Shown: positions 7,288-16,457 of the stretch, in pieces | How the letters are laid out: each line of letters begins with the position of its first letter | Position numbering within the stretch: the first letter of the stretch is position 1 | Virus record (IMG/VR): IMGVR_UViG_3300045996_002451 | Location: 147,172-211,171 of that record | Reading direction: 5' to 3' (one strand) | DNA length: 64,000 nt | Origin: a virus | Taxonomy: Duplodnaviria > Heunggongvirae > Uroviricota > Caudoviricetes | The notes under the pieces: generated by a model | Seen by the model: the letters and a program-made list of their open reading frames with translations, nothing else | What the model was told of the DNA's origin: nothing | Database searches by the model: none | Made by a program: the position numbers and the translations under genes

Positions 7288-9870
7288 ATGGCAGTAACCT
7301 TTCTCGTTAGCCACGCCAGCACTCCTGCCTCCGGCGTCAGTGTGCGGCTTAGGGGCTCCGCTCCCGGCGTACCGGAAGAAGAATGGTATGACACTACCAT
7401 CGTCACCGGTGGGGACGGGTTAGCCGCGTTTTCCGGTGAGGAAGACTGGTCGTCCTGGCAAATGGACACCAGCAAGGCGTGCTACGCGCCTGCCACCTAC
7501 AACTACAACGCCGAGCAGTTGCACAACGTCGATCTGGTCAACGAGATCGGCTACCACGAAGTAGGGATCACCTGGGTGGGCGGCGGGGAGTGTGGCGAGG
7601 AGCCATGTGATCCGGGCGAGCAGCCGGGGCCGTGTTATGTGCTTTCCGAGGACGGGTGTAGCTGGGAACCTCCCGATACCGACTGCGCGGAAGGCGAAGA
7701 GTGGGACGAAGACGAGTGCGAGTGCGTTGCGATCGATCCGGATGAGTGTGCGCTCTCCTTAACGGTGCGCTCCCTGTCCACAGGTAACCCGGTCAGCGGG
7801 GCCCTGGTCACTTTCAGTGATGGTACCAGCGGCACTACCGACGCCAGTGGAGAGGTCACCTTCCCGGAGATGACCGCGGGCACGCTGACCTGGAACGTCA
7901 GCGGCACCAATTATTTACCGGTCTGGGACTCCGGCGAGTGCGGCGAGCACGAGACTTGGCTGCCGGATGATGACGAAACTGTCTCCGAGGTCTCCTACTG
8001 TTTCAGTGATCCCGACTGCGCAGGCTCTGCTGGACCCACGCCTACCGAGTGCTATCCCGCCATTACCAGCGTCCAGATCGTCGAGGATGCGGACGGTATT
8101 CCGCCGATCGATCAGAGTCATACCTACGACTCCACGCCCACGTTCGCCTGGACGGCAGACGGGGGTGTTGAGCCGTACCTGTATGTTTGGGAAGTCCGCA
8201 GCAGTGATGGCACTACCCTACTGGCCAGCGGTACGACGGTAGCCAATTTGGTGGAGCTGCCGGAACTAGACTACGACGAGTATCAGTTCCGCGTGCACGT
8301 CACCGACTCCGAAGGACACTGCTCACTCTGGACCGGGTTTGGTTTTGAGAGCACGGTGTTCGTCCCGGACGTGGTGATCGAGGAACCACCCGTCCTGGAA
8401 CCGGTGATCCCCCGCGCGCCGGAGCTGCTGCGCTACCTGCCCCGGTGGTACTCCGTCTACGGGGATGAAGAAAACCCCGGCACCGCAACCACGCTTTACC
8501 AATACTTCGAGCCTCAGCTCGTGGAGTGGGCCCGGTTTAACCGCAGCGTGGAGGAAGTGGCACAGAGCCTCTCCTTGTTGGAAGCGCCCGTAGCTCAACC
8601 CAGACTGGCCTGGACCCTGCACACCCGGATGGATGTGAACGCATCCTTCACGGTGAACGTCCGGCTGGACGGGGCGAGCGGTACGTTGAGCGGGGAGGTA
8701 CGTCGGGCAGAAAGCCTGTACGACTTCACCACGGCGTACGAACCGATCTATGTCCTGGACGAACAGGGCCGGATGGTGTTTCGCAACCTCTGCAGCCGCA
8801 TGCGTAGCATCACGCCGGACGGGGAAGACGTCTACCACTTGACCGGAGAAACCTCCGGGTTGGTGCGAGATGCGGACCTGACGGTGCTGAAAGACGGACT
8901 CTGGTACATCCTACCGGTAGACGGGGGCAGTGTGAACGTCTACACTGGCTCCTTGATGCTGCCTGCTACCTATAGTGGCGCCGCCACGATCCGCTACCTC
9001 TCCCGACGGTACCAAGAGACGGTTGAGGTCTCGGTAGCCGGAGAGCCATGGCAGACGCCGTATACCCTGGACCTATGGAACCGCTTTGACGAGCTGGGAC
9101 TGTTGATCGGGATCACGCGCCGCGCAGGGGAGGACAACGGACATTACCGGGAACGGTTGTATGCCCGCTGTCTGTCCAAGATCGGCACGGCGCAGGACTC
9201 CCTGGAGCAGCATGTCGCCGAGGATCTCTCCTTGGTTACGGTGCTGGAATGGGACGGCATCAGCACCTTGAATCTCGCAGCCTCCGGTCACTGGGGGATC
9301 CAGGACATCTACATCCAGGACGTACCAGAACTGGGACACGCGGTGGAAGAGGAGTTGCTTCCTACCGGTACCGCGGGACTCTACAGCTCCCATAAGCGTA
9401 CGTGGCTGGAAGGTTATTACCTGCATGTGGATGGCCGCACCGCTACCACCCTCACGTATCCGGACCTGTCCGTCTCCGGAAACCTGGTGGACTTTGGGAC
9501 CGCGGTCCCTGGTCGGGTTTGGGCAAACTACCGTTACCGGAACTACACCTTGACCCGCAGCAGTCAGGACACCATCACCACGGTGACTCCGGTGTCCGGG
9601 AATCTACTTCCCGGAAGCTATCAGGTACTCCTGGTACGCGGGGTTGTCGCCCACACGCTGGACGAGCGTAACTTCATCAACACCGAGTTGTTGGACGGGG
9701 CAGGAAGACCTAATGGTTACTTCCGTCAACTCCGCGAAACCCTCCTGCAGGGCTCACCGGTGCACGTAGGACGTTCCGGTTGGAACGGCTCCTACTGGTT
9801 GGATCGGGAGGACGACCGACCCCAAGTCTCCTACTTACCGCTGGTCTTTGATCAGACGGGGGAGGAGTAA
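7288..9870 (+). CDS. Tail fibre protein 1, with a Cys/acidic-rich N-terminal region.
   Basis: 860 aa. The Cys-rich 'CGEEPCDPGEQPGPC...' segment is in the N-terminal part. The C-terminal ~450 aa are paralogous to the next gene (for example 'LDLWNRFDELGLLIGITRRAGEDNGHYRERLYA' and 'GRSGWNGSYWLDRE'). Confidence 0.55.
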   Translation: MAVTFLVSHASTPASGVSVRLRGSAPGVPEEEWYDTTIVTGGDGLAAFSGEEDWSSWQMDTSKACYAPATYNYNAEQLHNVDLVNEIGYHEVGITWVGGGECGEEPCDPGEQPGPCYVLSEDGCSWEPPDTDCAEGEEWDEDECECVAIDPDECALSLTVRSLSTGNPVSGALVTFSDGTSGTTDASGEVTFPEMTAGTLTWNVSGTNYLPVWDSGECGEHETWLPDDDETVSEVSYCFSDPDCAGSAGPTPTECYPAITSVQIVEDADGIPPIDQSHTYDSTPTFAWTADGGVEPYLYVWEVRSSDGTTLLASGTTVANLVELPELDYDEYQFRVHVTDSEGHCSLWTGFGFESTVFVPDVVIEEPPVLEPVIPRAPELLRYLPRWYSVYGDEENPGTATTLYQYFEPQLVEWARFNRSVEEVAQSLSLLEAPVAQPRLAWTLHTRMDVNASFTVNVRLDGASGTLSGEVRRAESLYDFTTAYEPIYVLDEQGRMVFRNLCSRMRSITPDGEDVYHLTGETSGLVRDADLTVLKDGLWYILPVDGGSVNVYTGSLMLPATYSGAATIRYLSRRYQETVEVSVAGEPWQTPYTLDLWNRFDELGLLIGITRRAGEDNGHYRERLYARCLSKIGTAQDSLEQHVAEDLSLVTVLEWDGISTLNLAASGHWGIQDIYIQDVPELGHAVEEELLPTGTAGLYSSHKRTWLEGYYLHVDGRTATTLTYPDLSVSGNLVDFGTAVPGRVWANYRYRNYTLTRSSQDTITTVTPVSGNLLPGSYQVLLVRGVVAHTLDERNFINTELLDGAGRPNGYFRQLRETLLQGSPVHVGRSGWNGSYWLDREDDRPQVSYLPLVFDQTGEE

Positions 9871-9875
9871 CGCTC

Positions 9876-11363
9876 ATGCCTACACCTAACTCAGAACGCG
9901 CTATCTATCGGCCTCAACCCTCCGGGGGCGAGCGTTACTTGCCCGGTTGGCACATTGCTCGCACGGATCCGGACAGCCTGGTTTACCGCCTGGTACACCA
10001 ACTGGTCGATGAGTGTGTCCCGCTCCGAGAAGAGCAGGCGCGCGCGTATCAGATGAACTGGTTGACCACCGCGCCCGTGGATGAGCCGCGAACGCAGTGG
10101 ACGTGCGTCTATCCGTTTGACCCGCAAGATGAACTGACCGTGACGGTGACGACCGCCGCCGATCTCGAGATCGAGGTGCGTGCCGCGCTGAGCGATCACG
10201 ACTTTGTGCGGGCGACCGATCCGGTCTGGAAGCTGGACACCCCGCAAGGGCGCCTGGTTTTTCGTAACCTGGCCACGGTGGAAAAGGAGCTGACCTCCGT
10301 CACCACCAGCTACACCGTAACCGGAGAAGCTTCGGGACTGGTCGCTGACGCTAATCTATACTGGCAGGGACAGACGGATGATCCCTGGCAAGTCCTATCG
10401 GCAGACAGTTCCTTGCGGGACGGGGTGACCTTTACCTTGCCGGTCACCGGCGTCATCTCGGTGCGTTACCAGTCCCAGGCACGCTACGCTGACCTGGTCT
10501 CGGGCACGGTGCTCTTAGAGCGTCGCAGCAGCCGCACGGTGCCGTTGCCGCTTACCGTGGAGCCGCTCCTGAACCTCTTCGATGGCTGGGGGTCGATCCT
10601 CGGGATCCCCCGCCTGCCGGATGAGGACAACGTCGCGTACAAAGCACGGCTGCTCGCGGAAGCGGAAGCGCCGCCTAACTCCACGGAGACAGGGGTGATT
10701 CGGGGCATCGCCTCGCGTCTGGGGTTGCTTTCGCGCACCTACTGGAACGGGATCGACGAACTCGAGTTCTCTGAAGAGGAGGTCACCGCGGTCCACCTGG
10801 TCGGTGTGGACATGTTCTTCGGGGTCACCGAGCAGCTTACGCCGGAGCCGCGGGAAAGCGTCACCGAACCGGTAGACACCTACTACGCGTCCTACACGGA
10901 CTGGCGGGAAGGGTGGTACGTCTATGTCGACGGCGTGCCCGCACAGGGCGTGACCGTTTCGGGTAACGTCGTTACACTAGGGGAAGAGACCAGTGGGGTG
11001 GTGACCGCGGCCTACACCGTCGCGCGGTACCAGTTGGAGCGCGACGCGGAAGATTACATCCTCAGCGTGCAGCCAGGTCAAGGCCTGCCGCCCGGTAACT
11101 ACGTGGTCCTTTACTCCCGCCAGGTCCTGGTCCATGGGCTGGGTGCGGAGACCGTGCAGGATGCGCTGCTCCTGACCGCAGCCGGGCTGCCGAATGAACT
11201 CTTCCTAGAGCTGCACCGTACCCTGGCGAGTGGGAGTACCACGTCGCTGGGAAGGGCGGGTTGGGAAACTGCGTATTGGTTTGCTTCCCCGGAAGAGACG
11301 CCGGGGACTACTCAGGTGGCGTTGCCGTTTGACGCGCACCTGACATTGGGTGATGATGAGTAA
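9876..11363 (+). CDS. Tail fibre protein 2, a paralogue of fibre 1.
   Basis: It shares blocks with fibre 1: 'LNLFDGWGSILGIPRLPDEDNVAYKARLLA', 'REGWYVYVDGVP...VSGNVVTLG' and 'GRAGWETAYWFASPEE'. Confidence 0.5.
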   Translation: MPTPNSERAIYRPQPSGGERYLPGWHIARTDPDSLVYRLVHQLVDECVPLREEQARAYQMNWLTTAPVDEPRTQWTCVYPFDPQDELTVTVTTAADLEIEVRAALSDHDFVRATDPVWKLDTPQGRLVFRNLATVEKELTSVTTSYTVTGEASGLVADANLYWQGQTDDPWQVLSADSSLRDGVTFTLPVTGVISVRYQSQARYADLVSGTVLLERRSSRTVPLPLTVEPLLNLFDGWGSILGIPRLPDEDNVAYKARLLAEAEAPPNSTETGVIRGIASRLGLLSRTYWNGIDELEFSEEEVTAVHLVGVDMFFGVTEQLTPEPRESVTEPVDTYYASYTDWREGWYVYVDGVPAQGVTVSGNVVTLGEETSGVVTAAYTVARYQLERDAEDYILSVQPGQGLPPGNYVVLYSRQVLVHGLGAETVQDALLLTAAGLPNELFLELHRTLASGSTTSLGRAGWETAYWFASPEETPGTTQVALPFDAHLTLGDDE

Positions 11364-14100
11364 CTACGCTTACAACTATAGCTACGGAACTCCCGTACTG
11401 GGTTCGCCTTCCCTAACCGGACCGGTCGCACCTGTGATGGAGCTGCAGGACGGAGAAGACCGCCTGCAGCTTTTTACGTTGCAGGGGGCGGAAAACTTTC
11501 TGCGCGCTTACGCCCAGCTTTCGGTACTGGAACAGGAAAGAAGGGTGACCTATTGGGTGCCACCCGAGCCCCGACCGACCACCCAAGCGTTAGGCGCCTA
11601 CCTCGGTGCGGACGTGCGTTACACGGGTAACGACTACACGCCGTGGATCCTGTCTCGCCCGCCCGATCCGGTATTGACCAAGGCAACTCGCTACGAAAGC
11701 TTCTACCTCCAGAACCACCTGGCGGTAGATGGGCACACCCAGCACTGGTATCCGGAGTATCCAGTACGCGACCTGCAGGAGCAGTTGCTTCGCGGGGTCA
11801 AGGGAACCCGCCCCAACGTACCCCTCCTGTATCTGGGCGGGGCCTTACCTGGAGGCACCGACGTGCCGCTGCATACCAACTGGTACCAGTATGCGGGGCA
11901 CTCCATGTATTGGAAGCTGCGTCCGGTGGTCGACCATCTTTCCGAAGCGACCGGTAGATTACTACGACAGATCGATCTCCAGCCCTGGAATGAGATGGAG
12001 CTGGAACCGCTCCTGTTTGACCCACTGGGTGAGTGGCAGATCCCGGAACTGATGGAGTGCTTGGCCTCGACCTCCACCGTTATCGGTCGACCGGGCCTGA
12101 CCACTCTCCTGGCTAGCATCCTCGGCAAACCGCTGCACCTTTACACGCCGGACAAGCTACGTATCGATTGGAACTTAGGTCCCCGGAAAGCGACGCAGTG
12201 GACGATTCCCTGGTCGAGTCTCGCTAAGTCGGACATTGACTTCTCATTCTACAACAACGTCTGGGGCGAGTTCCCGAAGCTGGTGGAGCCGAAGAACCGT
12301 CCCCTGCGCGTGGGCATCCTGACCCCGGCCATGCTGATTGGCGGCGTAGAGCAGTGGATCCTCTCCCTGGTCCAACACACAGATAGGCAGCGTCTCTCCT
12401 GGGAAGGCGTCGCCGTTCTTTATCCAGAAAACCTGGACACCCGGATGTCGGACCGCATCGAGCCGTACTGCCCGGTGGGTGTAGGCCTTGGTGAGGTTGC
12501 CCGGCTGTCCCGAAGTTGCGATGTCCTCCTGGCCTGGGGACTTCCGGAATGGTGGAACTTCCTACCTCCGGACCGTAAATGCCAGGTGGTCTACGTGAAC
12601 CACGGCGTGGGTGACTGGTCCACGGCTTCCTGTAAAGGCGCAAGCCATGCGAACGGCCTGGTAGCGGTCTCGACCGCATCCAAGGACTGCTTCCCGGTCA
12701 GCCACCGGTCCCGCGTCCAGGTGATCCCCAACGGAACCGACCGCAAGCGGCTGGAAACCAGCCAGACCAAGGAGTCGCAGAAGTGGGCCTGGGGGATCGC
12801 TCCGGATAAGAAGGTCCTGGGGTTCCTGGGACGCTTTGCGTATGAGAAGAACCCGGACCTCCTGGTCAGCGCTGTGGCCGCGCTGCCGGAAGACTGGGTC
12901 GGGGTGATGGTCGGCAGCGGCAGCCCGGAAGCCGAGTCCGGACTCAAGAGTCTGGCGGAGGCGTGCTGCCCGGGACGCATCTTCTTCCCCGGACCTACTG
13001 AGGACGTGGGCGGGGCGCTTACCGGGTTCGACGTCCTGCTCGTGCCTTCCCATGAAGAAGGCTTCTGTTACGTGGTGATCGAAGCCTGGTTGAACGGCAC
13101 GCCGGTGGTGGCGACTCCCACGGGGGTGGCTGCAGAAGAGGTCGGGCTGGTGGCGTACATTCAAGCCGACGCACTCGGTTATGAAGTAGCGGAAATCGTA
13201 GAGCAGACTTACTACGATAGCTGGCTGCCTGTCCTGCTGAAGGAAGGGGTGAGCACGGCTACTGAGAAATACAGTCAGACGGCGTTTGGTGCAAACTGGA
13301 CGAACTATCTTTGCAGCTTCCCAAAAATCGAGCGCCCGCAGGAGCAACTCTGGGATGTGCGTCAGTTGCCGTTGGAGTTGATTCCGGGTGTCCAGGTAGT
13401 CCTGGCCGCACACAACGCCGGTCCCTGGCTGCAGCGCTGCCTGGACTCCATCGAGGTCGCGATGGAAGGGCTGCACTGGGGACTCTTCCTGGCGGATGAC
13501 GCGAGCACCGACGACACCCTGGCGATCGCCAAGGCGCACCGCACCAGTGCGGACTACGTGCGCATCCAAAGCTTTGCTAAAGCCCGCACCACGGGGGAAG
13601 CCAAGAACCGCGCCCTCGCGCTGGGTGCCGACCTGCGGGAAACCCTTCCGGCAATCGTGCACATGGATGCCGATGACGTGATGATGCCAGGCCGCGTGCG
13701 CTTCTTGCTGGCGCAGGCAGTGCGCACCGGGAAGCCGTTGGTGCACGGCACGGTGCGTTTCCGTTCCGTACCGCCCCAAGGCGTGGCCCAGTTACTGGAA
13801 GTAGCCGGGGGTAACCGGGAACAGTACGAGGCAGCGAACTTAACGCCGTGTATTACCCTGCACCACGCGTGCCTGATCCCCGAAGACCACAAGCTCTTTT
13901 GTGAAGACCTGCGCGCCATCGAGGACGGCGAACTGTGGACCAGGCTCCGCCTCTCCGGCATCCAGAGTGTTCCTTGTCCGGGACCACTCTCCCATGATTA
14001 CTACCCGCACTGGAACAGCACGGCGTATAACCCGGAAACGGAAATAAACATCGAGCGCTACTATCGTCGACGCGCACTACTAAAGCAAGAGACCCTTTAG
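11350..14100 (+). CDS. Tri-domain glycosyltransferase: GT9-like, then GT4, then GT2.
   Basis: The N-terminal region 'VIGRPGLTTLLASILGKPLHLY' resembles the heptosyltransferase (GT9) C-half. The middle 'EGFCYVVIEAWLNGTPVVAT' is a GT4 E-x7-E motif. The C-terminal 'LADDASTDDT' and 'HMDADDVMMP' are GT2 DxD motifs. The start overlaps the fibre 2 stop within 'ATGATGATGAGTAA'. Confidence 0.7.
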   Translation: MMMSNYAYNYSYGTPVLGSPSLTGPVAPVMELQDGEDRLQLFTLQGAENFLRAYAQLSVLEQERRVTYWVPPEPRPTTQALGAYLGADVRYTGNDYTPWILSRPPDPVLTKATRYESFYLQNHLAVDGHTQHWYPEYPVRDLQEQLLRGVKGTRPNVPLLYLGGALPGGTDVPLHTNWYQYAGHSMYWKLRPVVDHLSEATGRLLRQIDLQPWNEMELEPLLFDPLGEWQIPELMECLASTSTVIGRPGLTTLLASILGKPLHLYTPDKLRIDWNLGPRKATQWTIPWSSLAKSDIDFSFYNNVWGEFPKLVEPKNRPLRVGILTPAMLIGGVEQWILSLVQHTDRQRLSWEGVAVLYPENLDTRMSDRIEPYCPVGVGLGEVARLSRSCDVLLAWGLPEWWNFLPPDRKCQVVYVNHGVGDWSTASCKGASHANGLVAVSTASKDCFPVSHRSRVQVIPNGTDRKRLETSQTKESQKWAWGIAPDKKVLGFLGRFAYEKNPDLLVSAVAALPEDWVGVMVGSGSPEAESGLKSLAEACCPGRIFFPGPTEDVGGALTGFDVLLVPSHEEGFCYVVIEAWLNGTPVVATPTGVAAEEVGLVAYIQADALGYEVAEIVEQTYYDSWLPVLLKEGVSTATEKYSQTAFGANWTNYLCSFPKIERPQEQLWDVRQLPLELIPGVQVVLAAHNAGPWLQRCLDSIEVAMEGLHWGLFLADDASTDDTLAIAKAHRTSADYVRIQSFAKARTTGEAKNRALALGADLRETLPAIVHMDADDVMMPGRVRFLLAQAVRTGKPLVHGTVRFRSVPPQGVAQLLEVAGGNREQYEAANLTPCITLHHACLIPEDHKLFCEDLRAIEDGELWTRLRLSGIQSVPCPGPLSHDYYPHWNSTAYNPETEINIERYYRRRALLKQETL

Positions 14101-14103
14101 GTG

Positions 14104-14112
14104 GGGTAACAT
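14104..14112 (+). promoter_or_regulatory. Motif C (GGGTAACAT), 2 nt before the GT2 ATG.
   Basis: GGGGTAACATTTATG. Confidence 0.4.
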
Positions 14113-14114
14113 TT

Positions 14115-14714
14115 ATGGAGTTCAGTATTCTAGTAGTTACGCACAACCACGCGCACTACCTGCAGCGCGCCTTGCGCTCGGTAGCCGCAGTGGCCAAGGA
14201 CAGTGCGTACGAGATCTTGGTGTGTGACGACGGCAGCACCGACCAGACGGCCAAGCTGGTCAAGCAACTGCGCGGTGCGCTGCCGCTGCGTTACTACGCA
14301 GACGATAAAGCTCCGACCATTGGGTTTGCTCGCAACCGCGCGCTCAAGCGGGCACGAGGTACGCACCTGATGTTCCTGGATGCGGACGACATGTTGCTAC
14401 CTGGTCACCTGACTGGGCTGCGCTCCGGAAAAAACCCGGTTACCTACGGAGAGGCAGAGGGACCCCCCTCGCACTTTCCGAAGTTGGGTACCTTGCTTTT
14501 TCGCCGGGAACTGTTTACCAAATCCGGACTGCGTTTTGATCCGCGGTTGAAATGTGGTGAGGACTGGGATCTCTGGCTGCGCCTGCAAGAGCGGCAGATC
14601 GCGACGCACCATGTGCCTCAACTGGTCTACCAGCATTTCGACGCCCCGGAAGCGTTGTCGCAGCAGTACGATCGTGCTGCGTGGGAAGCGTATGTTTCCG
14701 CCCGGCGTCCCTAG
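14115..14714 (+). CDS. GT2-family (GT-A fold) glycosyltransferase.
   Basis: 'ILVVTHNHAHYLQRALRSV', 'ILVCDDGSTDQT' and 'FLDADDMLLPGHL' are canonical GT2 motifs. Confidence 0.7.
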   Translation: MEFSILVVTHNHAHYLQRALRSVAAVAKDSAYEILVCDDGSTDQTAKLVKQLRGALPLRYYADDKAPTIGFARNRALKRARGTHLMFLDADDMLLPGHLTGLRSGKNPVTYGEAEGPPSHFPKLGTLLFRRELFTKSGLRFDPRLKCGEDWDLWLRLQERQIATHHVPQLVYQHFDAPEALSQQYDRAAWEAYVSARRP

Positions 14715-14715
14715 T

Positions 14716-14729
14716 GTTACCCGTGTAAC
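14716..14729. promoter_or_regulatory. Motif A (GTTACCCGTGTAAC).
   Basis: Intergenic, 22 nt upstream of the 14751 ATG. Confidence 0.5.
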
Positions 14730-14750
14730 GGCCTTTGTTTTGAGCACGCG

Positions 14751-16454
14751 ATGTTATTGTCACCCCTCGTTGGTATCGCCAGTTTTCAGTCGGGCGTAGG
14801 TGATCAGGACGACCTCAAAGTCCAGCTCCGTGAGGATCTGAACGGGGGTTGGTTTGTCCGGTTGCGGGAAGGCTTCTACTACATCGGGCACAATGAGAGC
14901 TATCTCTTTGCGCAGAAGGCGTATGCCGAGGACACGCCCGCCTCGACGACTGCGATTGAAACCATCACGGTTACCGGGTTCACCGAGGACCCGACCGAAC
15001 TGGGACCGATCCTCCTCCGCACCAGTACCGGCAAGTCGCTGACGCGCGTCAGCTCCCCTTTCCGCGCCTACCAAAACCTTACCTTCACTGTCTCCGGAGA
15101 CGTGGCGACTGCGCCGGTCTCCGGTTTTGTGGTTTCTGTGGTGTCCGACCCGGCCAGTGGGATCTACTTGCAGGTTCCCAGCCTGGCGGACATCCTCTCG
15201 GTCGAGGACTACGTCTTTGATCCGGTAGCCAACACCGTCAAGGTCAAGGACACCGATCCTCCCGAGCTGTTCGCAACCTGGCTGCGCCACGAAGTAACCG
15301 GCGACCAACTACTCCAGCATGAGATCGTACGCGTAGACCGGGATGGGTTTGTGCGGACCCAGTTGACCGCGGTCTCCATGGCAAGCGGCCTGGTGCCGAC
15401 GATTCGCAAACCCACGCCTACAGGCGCCATCGAGGTCGAGCCTACGGCAGCCTCGGGTAACGTCCTGACCTTACCGACGAACTCCGGCATCAGCTCCGGT
15501 GACCTGGTGGCTGTCGAGTACTACGCGCAAGGCACCTACAGTGCGGTCTACAGTGCCGGAACGTTGACGGTCAAGTACCTGGCGAAAGAGGCGGTCGAAC
15601 ATTATCTGGAGTGGGAAACCAAGAGCACCGGCTACTACGACACCAGCGAACTGCCGGAAAGTCACAACGACTACGTACAGTTGAACCCGCTGCTGGAGCG
15701 TCAAGAGCCGTGCTTCCTTTACCTGTGCGCCACCGATCTGGCCAAACCGGTCGGCACCCGCGTAACCGTTACCCTGGCGGAGCAGAACCCGGTCTGGAGC
15801 GCGGAGCGCCCGGAACCATGTCTGGTCCGCGTGCTGGTGGAGGACCCGGAGGGAACCCGGATCCCGAAGACCGCGGTGACCTTAACGGCTACCCTGGCAG
15901 GTAACCCGCTGGTCTCCCTGGTCGCGCACACGGACTGGCATGGGAAGGCCCTGTTCCAGGTCACGCCCAACGCCTCCGGCGCCCTGGTGCTGACCGCTAC
16001 CGCAGGCGCCGTTTCCGGTACGACCACCATTACCGTGCACGACCGGGCCGCGACCCAGGACAGCGACGAACTGCAGCTCGGCAAGCTGCTCCTGCATCTG
16101 GAGAAAACGCCGTACCGCGACAACCTGTACCGCGTCAGTGCCTACTACTGCCACCTGGACGGCCCCCCTTTCCAGCCCCACAGCACCGTCAGTTCTTCGG
16201 AACCCTGGCGAGGCTCAGTGCGTTTCACCACCCGTCAATCCACCCTCTACACCTTGCAAGGTAATAAGCTCGGCCCCTCAGGCGAAGCCCTGCTAGACGT
16301 GGATGCGGTAGCTACCCTCTTGATCCAGCCGAGTGCCGGAGATGTGTTGCGGGCCGAAATCTACAGCCCGGATGGCACGCGCCGTCGGGTAGCTCGTCCC
16401 CTCCGACTGGTGAGTGTGGACACGAACAGTGCTCCGACTTTGGAAGACGCGTAA
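14751..16454 (+). CDS. Tail fibre / structural protein with a probable bacterial Ig-like domain.
   Basis: 'VTLTATLAGNPLVSLVAHTDWHGKALFQVTPNASGALVLTATAGAVSGTTTITV' is Big-domain-like. Located within the fibre module. Confidence 0.45.
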   Translation: MLLSPLVGIASFQSGVGDQDDLKVQLREDLNGGWFVRLREGFYYIGHNESYLFAQKAYAEDTPASTTAIETITVTGFTEDPTELGPILLRTSTGKSLTRVSSPFRAYQNLTFTVSGDVATAPVSGFVVSVVSDPASGIYLQVPSLADILSVEDYVFDPVANTVKVKDTDPPELFATWLRHEVTGDQLLQHEIVRVDRDGFVRTQLTAVSMASGLVPTIRKPTPTGAIEVEPTAASGNVLTLPTNSGISSGDLVAVEYYAQGTYSAVYSAGTLTVKYLAKEAVEHYLEWETKSTGYYDTSELPESHNDYVQLNPLLERQEPCFLYLCATDLAKPVGTRVTVTLAEQNPVWSAERPEPCLVRVLVEDPEGTRIPKTAVTLTATLAGNPLVSLVAHTDWHGKALFQVTPNASGALVLTATAGAVSGTTTITVHDRAATQDSDELQLGKLLLHLEKTPYRDNLYRVSAYYCHLDGPPFQPHSTVSSSEPWRGSVRFTTRQSTLYTLQGNKLGPSGEALLDVDAVATLLIQPSAGDVLRAEIYSPDGTRRRVARPLRLVSVDTNSAPTLEDA

Positions 16455-16457
16455 CTC

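Noticed and set aside
12562-13779. 405-aa - strand ORF inside the tri-domain glycosyltransferase.
   Set aside because: Antisense to a gene with clear GT4 and GT2 catalytic motifs. The R/G/A/P-rich composition indicates a shadow ORF.
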